Below, one piece after another: positions 19,816 through 29,342 of a DNA stretch of 64,000 nucleotides. Every line of letters begins with the position of its first letter. Position 1 is the stretch's first letter. The translations under genes were made by a program, and so were the position numbers. The notes beneath the pieces are model-generated. The model had not been told where the DNA came from. It saw only the letters and a list, made by a program, of their open reading frames with translations, and ran no database searches. This DNA comes from an uncultured Gammaproteobacteria bacterium. GTDB taxonomy: Bacteria > Pseudomonadota > Gammaproteobacteria > JAKDMP01. The DNA lies in NCBI GenBank assembly GCA_963843735.1, contig CAWJLN010000008.1, positions 60,877 through 124,876 of the forward strand, in the 5' to 3' direction.

Positions 19816-20234
19816 TGTCGGCGGTTGTCGTTGACACCAATGTAATTGTCGCCGGTTTGTTGACCACACGCAACGATTCGCCGGTGGCCCGCATACTCGA
19901 CGGCATGCTGGCGGCGGCATTTCCGTTTGCCGTATCGGAAGCATTGCTGGCCGAATACCGTGACGTGCTGGCTCGTCCCGCGCTGCGCAAGGCGCATGCT
20001 TTGAGCAAGAATGAGATCGAAACGCTGGTAGCTTCGCTGGCCGAGCATGCCATCGTATTGGTTCCCGTACCTGCGGCTCCTGCGCCCGATCCCGGAGATC
20101 AGCACCTTTGGGATTTGCTCGTGTCCAGAGCGGATCTCCGGTTGGTCACCGGCGATAAGCGCCTGCTGGAACATAACCCGAATTCTCACCGCGTCATCAG
20201 CCCGCGGGCGTTTCAGGAGTCCTGTTCGTCCTGA
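19812..20234 (+). CDS. PIN-domain toxin (VapC-like)
   Basis: VVDTNVIV, EY..VL, DPGDQHL, LVTGDKRLL. Confidence 0.88.
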   Translation: MMSAVVVDTNVIVAGLLTTRNDSPVARILDGMLAAAFPFAVSEALLAEYRDVLARPALRKAHALSKNEIETLVASLAEHAIVLVPVPAAPAPDPGDQHLWDLLVSRADLRLVTGDKRLLEHNPNSHRVISPRAFQESCSS

Positions 20235-20455
20235 GCTTGCTCACCGTATGGGTGGAGTCCTTACATGGATTGGAAGTGGCGCTTACAATCAGCGCATGCC
20301 GGCAAGCCCGCTCTGCGGCCCGAAGAAACCCCAAATGTCCCAAACAGACTGATGCTTTTATCAATGTCGCGGGCGCCTAGCTTCATCGGCAGCAGCGATG
20401 GCTCCCGGTGTGATCTTCAGGCTGACGGGCAAATAATTTTCCGGTGGCTTGCTGG

Positions 20456-21757
20456 ATGAGTCTGCGCACGCTTCGCAATACCTTGCGCGCCGATTTTCGT
20501 GGCGGCACCGAGCGAGGCACGATAATGCGTTCGGCCGGCGTCACGGCCGGGCTCAAGATCGGCGCCACTTTGATCGCTTTCGGCGCGAGCCTGATTTATG
20601 CGCGTGCGCTGGAACCGCACGGCTATGGGCTCTACGCCTACGTCATGGCCTGGGCCGCGCTGCTCACCGTTCCGGCCGGTTTGGGCCTGCCCGCGTATCT
20701 CATCCGCGAAGGCGCAAAGGCGCCCGCGAGCCTGCGTTGGCTGTGCCGCTGGGCCGATCTGCGGGTGCTCGCAAGTGGTCTTGTGGCGGGCATCCTTCTC
20801 GCCTGCGCCGTATTTCTGCCCCAGGCGGCCGAGGCTCGCTGGCTCTTCGTTATCGCGGCGCCGCTTCCGCTTCTGAACAATCTCGGTTCCGTGCGCCGCT
20901 CCCTGCTCCAGGCGCAGGGCCGGGTCGCGCGCGCACAATGGCCGTTCCTGATTCTCGGCCCGCTGCTCATGCTCGCCGTGCTGGCCGGCCTGTGGCTGTG
21001 GCGCGGCAGGCTCTATCCGATCGAACTGGTGGCTGCCATAACCGGTGCGGCTCTGCTGCCGCTCGCGGTCAACCAATTCCAGCTTAGCCGGGCGACATCT
21101 CGTCCCGGCACTGAAAAACATCCCTCGGTGCGGGTGCGCGCCGCCCTGCCGTTCATGTGGTTGGGCATGCTCTATCTCGTCAACAACCGCGTTGATCTGA
21201 TCATGCTCGGCAGTATCAAGGGTGCCCACGACGCGGGTATTTACGCGGTTGCCGCCCGCGCCGGCGAACTCATCACCTTTTTCACACTGGCTGCGAGCAT
21301 GGTGCTCGCTCCCCGCATCGCCCGCCTTTATCACGACGGCGAGCACGCCCTCCTGCAGCGGCTTTTGAGCGCCTCCACGCGGCGCGTCTTTCTACTCTCG
21401 GCACCGCTTGCAATTCTATTTATCGTTGCCGCGCATCCGCTGCTGCATTTCCTTTACGGCTCGGCCTATGCGGAAGGAGCGATTGCCTTGCAGATTCTCG
21501 CCGGCGCCCAGCTTCTGGCCATATCGAGCGGACCGAAGGGAACGGTCCTCAACATGACCGGCCACGAGCGGCTTTCGGCGCTCGGCGTGGGATTGAGCCT
21601 GATTCTGAACATCGTCTTGAACGCTGCATTGATCCCCTTTTACGGCGTTGAAGGTGCCGCCATCGCCACCGGTACGAGTCTTGTATTATTGAACCTGTTG
21701 TTCTGGTACTGGCTCCGCCGCCGTCTCGGCCTGCGCCCGAGCGCGCTAGGCCTTTAA
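20456..21757 (+). CDS. Wzx-type oligosaccharide flippase
   Basis: Polytopic; YARALEPHGYGLY, DLIMLG, GIYAVAAR, LIPFYGVEGAAIAT; start uncertain. Confidence 0.88.
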   Translation: MSLRTLRNTLRADFRGGTERGTIMRSAGVTAGLKIGATLIAFGASLIYARALEPHGYGLYAYVMAWAALLTVPAGLGLPAYLIREGAKAPASLRWLCRWADLRVLASGLVAGILLACAVFLPQAAEARWLFVIAAPLPLLNNLGSVRRSLLQAQGRVARAQWPFLILGPLLMLAVLAGLWLWRGRLYPIELVAAITGAALLPLAVNQFQLSRATSRPGTEKHPSVRVRAALPFMWLGMLYLVNNRVDLIMLGSIKGAHDAGIYAVAARAGELITFFTLAASMVLAPRIARLYHDGEHALLQRLLSASTRRVFLLSAPLAILFIVAAHPLLHFLYGSAYAEGAIALQILAGAQLLAISSGPKGTVLNMTGHERLSALGVGLSLILNIVLNAALIPFYGVEGAAIATGTSLVLLNLLFWYWLRRRLGLRPSALGL

Positions 21758-21821
21758 TGCGTGGTCATTGATGAGAATGAACAGGAAATTTTCGGAGTCT
21801 GCCTTGTTGTCCCAAAAAACG

Positions 21822-22985
21822 ATGCGCGGCAAAGACGATTTAGCCGTTAACGGTGCGCCGCCAGCCTTCAATGAGCCACTACACGTCGGGCGCCCGAACA
21901 TCGGCAACCGTAAAGAATTTATGCGACGGGTCAACCAGATTCTCGACAATCGCTGGCTGACGAACAACGGTCCGATGGTGCAGGAATTCGAGCGCCGGAT
22001 CGCCGAACATTTGGGTGTCAAGCATTGCGTGGCGATGTGCAACGGCACCATCGCGCTGGAGATCGCCATCCGGGCACTGGGGCTGGATGGCGAAGTGATC
22101 GTGCCGTCATGGACCTTCATCGCCACCGCGCATGCACTGCATTGGCAGGGCATCACGCCGGTATTCGCGGACATTAATCCCGCCACGCACAACCTCAATC
22201 CTGACGTTGTGCGGGACATGATTACGCCACGAACAACCGGAATTATCGGCGTTCACCTCTGGGGACGTGCCGCACCGGTAGATGAGTTGCAGGCCATTGC
22301 CGACGAACACGGTCTGAAACTCATGTTCGACGCTGCACACGCTTTCGGGTGCAGTATGGGTGGACGTGCAATTGGCAATTTCGGAAGTTGCGAAGTCTTC
22401 AGTTTCCATGCCACCAAAATTTTCAATACCATGGAAGGCGGTGCCGTAACCACAGACGATGACGATCTGGCTGAAACCATGCGCTTGATGCGCAACTTCG
22501 GTTTTGCGGGTTATGACAACGTTGTTTATCCGGGGACCAACGGCAAACTACCAGAAATGAATGCCGCCATGGGGCTGGTCAACCTGAACTCACTGCCGGA
22601 TTTTGTTCTCGCCAACAAGGCGCGTCATGAGATTTACAGGCGTATGTTTTCAGGCGTTGACGGCATCCGCTTGCTCACTTACGACTCGGAAAACGACCCC
22701 AACTATCAGTACGTAGTAGTGGAGGTGGATGCGTCCATACGCGACAGGATTGTCGAAATCCTGCATGCTGAAAATATTCTCGCACGTAAGTATTTCTGGC
22801 CAGGATGCCATCGCATGAAGCCTTATGGGGAACTTTTCCCGAACGTCGGTTCGCTTTTGCCTAATACCGAATTGGTAGCAGACCGGGTGATTGTTCTTCC
22901 TACTGGGCCATCGGTGGATCGTGGCGGCGTGGAAGCGATAGCTTCCTTCCTTTTATTCCTCGTGGGGCATCATGATTCCATGTAA
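21822..22985 (+). CDS. DegT/DnrJ/EryC1/StrS sugar aminotransferase (4-amino-4,6-dideoxyhexose type)
   Basis: NGTIAL, DAAHAFG, SFHATKIFNTMEGG PLP-lysine motif; start may lie up to 54 nt upstream. Confidence 0.92.
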   Translation: MRGKDDLAVNGAPPAFNEPLHVGRPNIGNRKEFMRRVNQILDNRWLTNNGPMVQEFERRIAEHLGVKHCVAMCNGTIALEIAIRALGLDGEVIVPSWTFIATAHALHWQGITPVFADINPATHNLNPDVVRDMITPRTTGIIGVHLWGRAAPVDELQAIADEHGLKLMFDAAHAFGCSMGGRAIGNFGSCEVFSFHATKIFNTMEGGAVTTDDDDLAETMRLMRNFGFAGYDNVVYPGTNGKLPEMNAAMGLVNLNSLPDFVLANKARHEIYRRMFSGVDGIRLLTYDSENDPNYQYVVVEVDASIRDRIVEILHAENILARKYFWPGCHRMKPYGELFPNVGSLLPNTELVADRVIVLPTGPSVDRGGVEAIASFLLFLVGHHDSM

Positions 22986-23647
22986 TCCGCATTTCCGGGA
23001 AATTCCGGGTTTTCGAGTGCTCTATATTTTTGGCGCAGGAGGATACCGGGCGTGAGATAGCATGGCTTGCCGAGCAGTCATGGGGTGAGACTGTCGAGAG
23101 AATCTTTGTAGTGGACAAAGAGGAATACTTTGTAGAGTCGGTTAACGAAATTCAGATGATCCTTTTGGCCGATATTAATTCTGTGGCTGATGCCAGGTTT
23201 GTCGTTGCATTGGGCGATCCGTCCCATAGAAGACACGGTGTATCTAGTTGCCTCAGCGTGGGATTGTCGCCTGCCATGCTGGTGCATCCTCGCGCGGAAA
23301 TTTCACGCTGGGTGGATATAGGAAGCGGCAGTGTTATCTGTTCCGGTTCTATCATCACGACAAATGTCGTTGTCGGTCATCATGTACATATTAATCTTGA
23401 TTGTACCGTCAGTCATGACGTGCGTATAGGTGATTTTTCGACTTTGTCGCCCGGAGTGCATGTCACCGGCAACATCCATATCGGGAATAATGTCTCCATA
23501 GGCGCCGGCGCCAACATCGTCAACGGGAAGCCTGGGAAACCTCTGGTGATTGGTGACGGTGCTATCGTGGCTGCTGGAGCCTGCGTGACACAGCCGGTTG
23601 AGCCGGGTGCGATGGTTGCTGGCGTGCCCGCTGTCCGGAAACGCTGA
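22972..23647 (+). CDS. NeuD/PglD/VioB family sugar acetyltransferase (+1 frameshift near 23044)
   Basis: VLYIFGAGG in the 22972 frame joins TGREIAWLA in the 23030 frame; hexapeptide repeats, VSHD, VAGVPA. Confidence 0.85.
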
Positions 23648-24880
23648 ATGCCTAACCTGCTGGATAGTTTATCGGGCTTCAAACCGTCTCCAGGCCGCTT
23701 TCTGCATCTCATCCCCGATGACAAATTCATCGATGTGGCGTGTGGCATATTCGAAGAAGCTTCCCCTGGAGCTCATGATTACCTGATTATCGGACGTGCA
23801 GGCACCCTTCGCCATATCCGCACTTTCCATCCCCACCGGCTGGAAATCGATATGGCACTGAAGCCTGAATTCCTCTCGCTGTTTCCTTCTTATTCAGCCG
23901 TTTTCATCCATTATCTGGCGAATGCCGCCCGGCATATCGTTTTCGCTGCACCTGTTGAAACGCGCTTCATCTGGCTGGGTTGGGGAGCTGATTATTATCA
24001 CTTGATTTGCCCTCGTGATGAGCTGCTGCTGCCTAGAACGCGTGAATGGTTAGCTCGTTCCTTGCGTACAAGAAAGATTCGGAATGTGTTGGAACTGCTG
24101 GAAGAGGGCTTGCGCTCGGCGATGTCCCCGGCTAGAGCTCTGCGATTGCTTGCGCTGCGTGCCAGGCTTCGGGAGTTTGGCCCCGGCTCTCGTGGAGAAA
24201 TCGAACTCGTTAACAGATTCGACGCGATCGCCACCCCGATTGTCGAGGATTTTCGGGCCATGCTTGTCAGATATCCCGAGCTCAGGGTTTCCTTTCTCGA
24301 CTGGAACTACTGGACGGAAGGTTTCTGTGCGCACGACCTGCCGTCGGTGCCCAGCGGTAACAATATCTTGCTTGGCAATAGCGCCACACCGGAAAATAAC
24401 CATCTGGATGCTTTGGAGTTTTTGTCCGGGTTTCCGATAGGCGACCGCAAGGTCATATGTCCTTTGAGTTATGGAGACAGGCAATACGGTAACGCTGTCG
24501 AAAAATATGGGCGAAAGTTGCTGGGGGAACGGTTTGTCCCGCTTAGAAAATACATCGACAGCGGTGCCTATGCGAAGATTCTGGGCAGTTGTTCGATAGT
24601 GATAATGAATCACATCCGGCAACAGGCACTCGGGAACATAGTTCTAGCCCTTTGTTCCGGCGCACATGTTTTTCTAAACGCCAGAAATCCGGTGAATGCG
24701 GCCATGAGGCGTATGGGTGTGGAAGTGGAAGTCATGGAATCGTTGCCCGGTTTTATGAGGGGAGATGAGCCTGCGCTCTTGCCGCAGCGCCTCCATATGA
24801 ACCGGGAAAGGCTCGAAAACCAATATGGCCGATCTTCAATTCTGCGTAGGACACGTATGTTGCTGGATAATCCCGGTTGA
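23648..24880 (+). CDS. WecF-like TDP-Fuc4NAc transferase (GT56-like)
   Basis: DDKF, WGADYY, ILLGNSATPENNHLDAL, PLSYG, RQQALGNI. Confidence 0.8.
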   Translation: MPNLLDSLSGFKPSPGRFLHLIPDDKFIDVACGIFEEASPGAHDYLIIGRAGTLRHIRTFHPHRLEIDMALKPEFLSLFPSYSAVFIHYLANAARHIVFAAPVETRFIWLGWGADYYHLICPRDELLLPRTREWLARSLRTRKIRNVLELLEEGLRSAMSPARALRLLALRARLREFGPGSRGEIELVNRFDAIATPIVEDFRAMLVRYPELRVSFLDWNYWTEGFCAHDLPSVPSGNNILLGNSATPENNHLDALEFLSGFPIGDRKVICPLSYGDRQYGNAVEKYGRKLLGERFVPLRKYIDSGAYAKILGSCSIVIMNHIRQQALGNIVLALCSGAHVFLNARNPVNAAMRRMGVEVEVMESLPGFMRGDEPALLPQRLHMNRERLENQYGRSSILRRTRMLLDNPG

Positions 24881-25096
24881 CCATACGTGATCGCGGAGAA
24901 TATGGAATCGAATCGCCAATGACGCCATGTCTCGCCGGCTGAAGATCTGTAACTTATCTGTCCGAACGAACGCGGTCAGGCATGCGATATGATGAGATCG
25001 GACGGTCGTGATTTCCATTGCCGGTTCTTCTTCCGAGTGAACCATGCTTGAAAAGATGAATTCTGATGCCTCATAGAACGATCAAGCAGTAAATTT

Positions 25097-25999
25097 ATGA
25101 GCAACAAGATAAGCAACGATATGCCGTTCGTTAGCATCATTATTCCGGTTTACAAAGACGAAGCCGGTTTACGCGTTTGTTTGCAAGAAATTGCAAGGCA
25201 GACCTATCCTCGGGAACGTATCGAGGTGATCGCGGTGGACAACAATGAGGTCCCCACGTTAGTGCTTGGAAACGATGACTTCGTTACAGTATGTGTTGTG
25301 CCTTGTACTACGCCAGGCTCATATGCTGCCCGCAATGCTGGAGCTCGCAAGGCAAGGGGCGAGATATTCGCATTTACGGATGCCGACTGCAGGCCATGCG
25401 CCGATTGGCTGGAGCAGGGCGTGCGGGCTCTTCTTGAGGGTGCCGGACGGTGTGTTGTGGGTGGTGAGGTGGAGATGCTTGAGCCGGTGCGATTTACCGG
25501 CGTTTCTCTTTACCAGTACGCGACCGGATTCCACCAGCAGGCGAATATTGAGAACAAGGGTTTTTCCGTTACGGCGAACCTGTTTTGCATGACTGATCAA
25601 TTCGAGCGTATCGGCCCATTCGATGAGAGATTACTGTCCGGGGGCGACAGAGAATGGGCCTGGCGCGCGGCTGCAAAGGGCGTAGGTGTCATTTTCGAGC
25701 GACAAGCTGTGGTGCGTACACCACCTCGGACCACGCTGCGTTCGGCATTTCGTCAGGCGCGCCGGGTAGCTGCCGGTCGCTATTATCTTCGCCGCTATGG
25801 TCTGGATCATCTGGGGGCGAAAGCGATTGTTCCCCATCGCTCGATATGGCAATCATTATTCTGGGTTTTGACGCTGAAGCGGTTATCCCTTCCTGAGAAA
25901 CTGAAGGTGTTTAATGCGGCGGTTCTGATAAAAGGCGTCACAATGTACGAGACACTAAGGCTCAGGCTTGGTATCGGCGGTGAGCTGGAACGGCGGTAA
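25097..25999 (+). CDS. Glycosyltransferase family 2
   Basis: SIIIPVY, VDN, ARNAG, FTDADC, GGDREW. Confidence 0.9.
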   Translation: MSNKISNDMPFVSIIIPVYKDEAGLRVCLQEIARQTYPRERIEVIAVDNNEVPTLVLGNDDFVTVCVVPCTTPGSYAARNAGARKARGEIFAFTDADCRPCADWLEQGVRALLEGAGRCVVGGEVEMLEPVRFTGVSLYQYATGFHQQANIENKGFSVTANLFCMTDQFERIGPFDERLLSGGDREWAWRAAAKGVGVIFERQAVVRTPPRTTLRSAFRQARRVAAGRYYLRRYGLDHLGAKAIVPHRSIWQSLFWVLTLKRLSLPEKLKVFNAAVLIKGVTMYETLRLRLGIGGELERR

Positions 26000-27012
26000 T
26001 GAGCAACCGCACTACTCATCAGAGGGTTTGGTCTCCTGTTGTTACCGGCAGCGGTGTAATGGTGGTGCACAGAATGCTGGAGGCGCACCTGCCAAATTAC
26101 CACGTTGAGCCGCTGTCGCCTTATTGGGGATTGCTGCCGCCGATGCTTGCCGCGCGGCGACGGCACGCCGACGGGATCACGCATTCGCTGCCGGAGCTCG
26201 GGCCGTGGGCGACGCATCGAGATTCTGATCTTGTGCTTACTTTCCACAATTACTATCTCGACGCGGAATTGATGGCGGGTGCGTCGCGTGCCCAGCGGAT
26301 TTTCTACAAAACCGTGATGACGCCCGCCGTCCGCGCTTCGCTGCGGCGCGCCAGATGGGTGACGGCGGTCAGCCGTTACACTGCTGATCTGGTTCGGCGG
26401 CATCATGCGATGGGGGATCGCCTGGTCGTGATCCGCAACGGCGTGGATACCGAACTTTTCAGTCCCGCCGAAGGCGTGGGAGAAGACACGGTCAAGATTC
26501 TGTTCGCGGGCAATCCTACCCGGCGCAAGGGTGTGGAGCACCTGGCGGCGCTGGCACGGGCCCTGCCGGACGATGTGACACTGCAATATACGGTCGGTCT
26601 GCGCAGTGCGGCGACCGGGCGGCCCACGCAATCGGGCGATCTCGTTGCCGTGCCGCGTCGCGGCCACGCCGAGATGCCCGGGCTTTATCGCCAGGCCGAC
26701 ATCCTGTTTTTCCCTACCCGCCGCGAAGGCCTGAGCCTGGTCGTGCTGGAGGCTATGGCCTGCGGGTTGCCCGTCGTCGCAACCCGCTGCTCGTCCATGC
26801 CGGAGCTGGTGGATCACGGCAAGGGTGGCTTCCTGTTCGAGATGGACAATCGCGATGAAATGCTGCGCTGTCTGTCGCGACTTGCGCGCGATCCACTCAT
26901 GCGTGCGGAGATGGGTGCTTACAATCGGGAAAAGGTTCTCGCCGAGTTTCCGCTCGAAAAGATGCTTTCCGGCTACCGCGAGATTTTCGCCGCGAGCGGA
27001 GTGTCGGCTTAG
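25999..27012 (+). CDS. Glycosyltransferase family 4
   Basis: NGVD, RKG, EGLSLVVLEAMACGLPVV. Confidence 0.9.
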   Translation: MSNRTTHQRVWSPVVTGSGVMVVHRMLEAHLPNYHVEPLSPYWGLLPPMLAARRRHADGITHSLPELGPWATHRDSDLVLTFHNYYLDAELMAGASRAQRIFYKTVMTPAVRASLRRARWVTAVSRYTADLVRRHHAMGDRLVVIRNGVDTELFSPAEGVGEDTVKILFAGNPTRRKGVEHLAALARALPDDVTLQYTVGLRSAATGRPTQSGDLVAVPRRGHAEMPGLYRQADILFFPTRREGLSLVVLEAMACGLPVVATRCSSMPELVDHGKGGFLFEMDNRDEMLRCLSRLARDPLMRAEMGAYNREKVLAEFPLEKMLSGYREIFAASGVSA

Positions 27013-27020
27013 GGCGTACC

Positions 27021-28166
27021 TTACACGGCTGAGAGGATTTCCAGCAACTGTCGCTCAAACCGCGGCCAGGAGAAACGTTCGGCGAATGCCATGGCGGGGC
27101 GTTCCAGTTCCGCGCGTTGGTTTATCGCCTTGATTACGGCAGCCGCGAATCCGGGGTAATCGCCGGGCGGAACGAGATAGCCGGATTCCCCTTCGGCGAC
27201 GGCATCGGGAATGCCGCCGGCGGCGAAGGCGACGGTGGGAACGCCCCAGGCGGCGGCCTCCAGAGCGACCATGCCGAAGCCTTCCGGGTCGCGCGCATCG
27301 TCGCGTACGGGAAATATATGGACGTCGGCGGCGGGCCAGGCAAGCGCGAGTCCGGCATCGTCGAGCGGGCCGATCAAATGCACGCGATCGGCGATTCCCG
27401 CGGCGGCGGCGGCGCTGCGGATGGCTGCCGCTTCGTCTGCAATGTGTTTGGCGGCATGGCGGGGCACTTCGCCTGCGATGACCAGTTGTGCATCGGGAAT
27501 CTCTGCAAGAATCGCGGGCAGGGCTTGTGCGACAAAAGAGGCAAGACCCTTGCGCGGCGTGAGCCTTCCGGCCGTGAAGAGAATCGCTCCCGCGCTCGAC
27601 AAACCATAGCGCTCGCGGAAGCGCCTTGTCGCCGGTTCGCGCTCGGAAATGCTTTGGGGAACTTCGACGCCAGGATGCAGGATGCGGATACGCGCTTCCG
27701 GCACGCCGGCGGCGCGGGCGAGGCCTGCGGTGTGGCGGCTGTTAACGAGTACGAGGTCCGCGCGGCGGATGGCAGGAACGAACAGGCGTCGGTAGAGCGG
27801 ATGCCGTACGGCGATGTCGAGGCCGTGCAGATAGACTGCATAACGTGCACCGACCTTGCGTGCGGCAAGTCGGGCGATCGGTGCGGTGAGCCCGCTGCCG
27901 GCGAGTACGAGTTGTGGTCGGTAACGTTTGGCGGCCATGCGTGCATTCCGCGCTGCGGCCAGAAGAAACAGTGCTGGGGGCGAGAGCGGGCAGCCGAAGT
28001 ACGCAAGTGCTTGCGTTTCAAGTCGGGCGCCGCGCGGCCCGACGATGATGGTTTTGTAATGCGGACAAAGCGTTTCGGCAACGTGGCCGATCAACCGCTC
28101 CATGCCGCCGATCACGGGTGGCAGGTTGCGCGTGATCAGCAGAACGCGTTCGGTCGCGTCATTCAT
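27021..28166 (-). CDS. Glycosyltransferase family 4 (PimB-like)
   Basis: PPVIGGME, HGLD, PGV, GRLTPRKG, EGFGMVALEAAAWG; start set at MNDATERV because the longer ORF begins inside a repeat. Confidence 0.9.
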   Translation of the reverse strand: MNDATERVLLITRNLPPVIGGMERLIGHVAETLCPHYKTIIVGPRGARLETQALAYFGCPLSPPALFLLAAARNARMAAKRYRPQLVLAGSGLTAPIARLAARKVGARYAVYLHGLDIAVRHPLYRRLFVPAIRRADLVLVNSRHTAGLARAAGVPEARIRILHPGVEVPQSISEREPATRRFRERYGLSSAGAILFTAGRLTPRKGLASFVAQALPAILAEIPDAQLVIAGEVPRHAAKHIADEAAAIRSAAAAAGIADRVHLIGPLDDAGLALAWPAADVHIFPVRDDARDPEGFGMVALEAAAWGVPTVAFAAGGIPDAVAEGESGYLVPPGDYPGFAAAVIKAINQRAELERPAMAFAERFSWPRFERQLLEILSAV

Positions 28167-28171
28167 TTGTT

Positions 28172-28318
28172 CCCTCTCCCCTTGCGGGAGAGGGGTAGGG
28201 TGAGGGGTATCGCCGCTGCGCGGCGACAAGAAGTTTTCTCACCCTCACCCCAACCCTCTCCCGTCGAGGGAGAGGGGGTAAGAAGGATGGGCTCTCCCGT
28301 CGAGGGAGAGGGAGAAAG
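28172..28318. repeat. Family B inverted doublet plus a partial third hairpin
   Basis: ccctctccccttgcgggagaggggtagggtgagggg ... ccctcaccccaaccctctcccgtcgagggagaggg ... ctctcccgtcgagggagaggg. Confidence 0.88.
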
Positions 28319-28331
28319 AAGTTCGGCCGCG

Positions 28332-29206
28332 TCATTCACGGCCGGTGTTGGCGTAGAGGAGATTAGCGATCTGTTCGGCGATCAGGCCCATCAGGAACAC
28401 CAGACCGGCGACGATGAACAGGAGTGCGCTCATGTTGGTGAACTGGTGGCGGGTGGAATAGGTATAGATGTAATAGCCGAGGCCGAAGGCGAAGAAGACC
28501 GCGGCCGCTGGCGTGAACACCTTGAGCGGCGAATAGAGCGTTGCGACCTTGAGGATGATCAGCAGGAAGCGACCGCCGTCGCGCAGCGGCCGGATGTGGC
28601 TGGAGGCGCCGCCGCGGGCGCGTACGTCAACCGGCACGAAGCGCACGGGGAAGCCCGCGCGGAGGAAGGCCATGGTGCTCGTGGTCGGATAGGAGAATCC
28701 GTTCGGCAGCAGGAAGAGAATTTCCAGGAAACGTGTAGCGGCGCACGGCGCGGAAGCCGGAGGTGAGATCGCTGATGCGATGGCCCGTGACCAGGCTCGC
28801 GAGTTTGTTGTAGAGGCCGTTGGCGAAACGTCGCCCGCGATTGGCGTGCGCACTGGCCGAGCGTGCTCCGACGGCCATGACGTAGTTGTCGCCGAGCGCG
28901 GCGACCAGTTTGGCGACTTCCGCGGGGCGATGCTGGCCGTCGGCATCCATGAAGACCAGAATTTTCCGTGCGCGGCGCGGGCGCCGTCCTTGATCGCCGC
29001 GCCGTTGCCGATGGATACGGGTGCGTCACCACGCGGGTCGCGCCGGCTGCGCGCGCCCGTTCGGCGGTGTCGTCGCGGGAGCCGTCGTCCACCACCAGGA
29101 TTTCCGCCTGCGGATACAGTTCGCGCAGTTCGGTGACGACGCCGGGCAGACTCTCGGCCTCATCGCGCGCGGGCAGGATGATGGAAAGGTCCAGGGGTTG
29201 ACTCAT
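28332..29206 (-). CDS. GT2 polyprenol-phosphate sugar synthase-like protein (DPM1-like); about 3 frameshifts
   Basis: VVDDGSRD, GNGAAIK, MDADGQH, DLTSGFRA, LPNGFSYPTTST spread over three frames; two C-terminal TMs. Confidence 0.8.
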
Positions 29207-29245
29207 GATGGTGGATCCACAATTCAGTGCGTGATTTTCTCACAG

Positions 29246-29300
29246 AATCCCCCTCCCGCTCCCCCTTCCTCGCAGGCGCGAGCAAGGGGAAGGGAAGAAA
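29246..29300. repeat. Palindromic repeat family C
   Basis: aatccccctcccgctcccccttcc-hairpin-caagggg; related copies at ~32830, 34969, 35118, 40137, 40212. Confidence 0.78.
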
Positions 29301-29342
29301 GCTCTCCAGCCTGCATGTCTTCGCGAAAGAGGGGGTAAAGGA

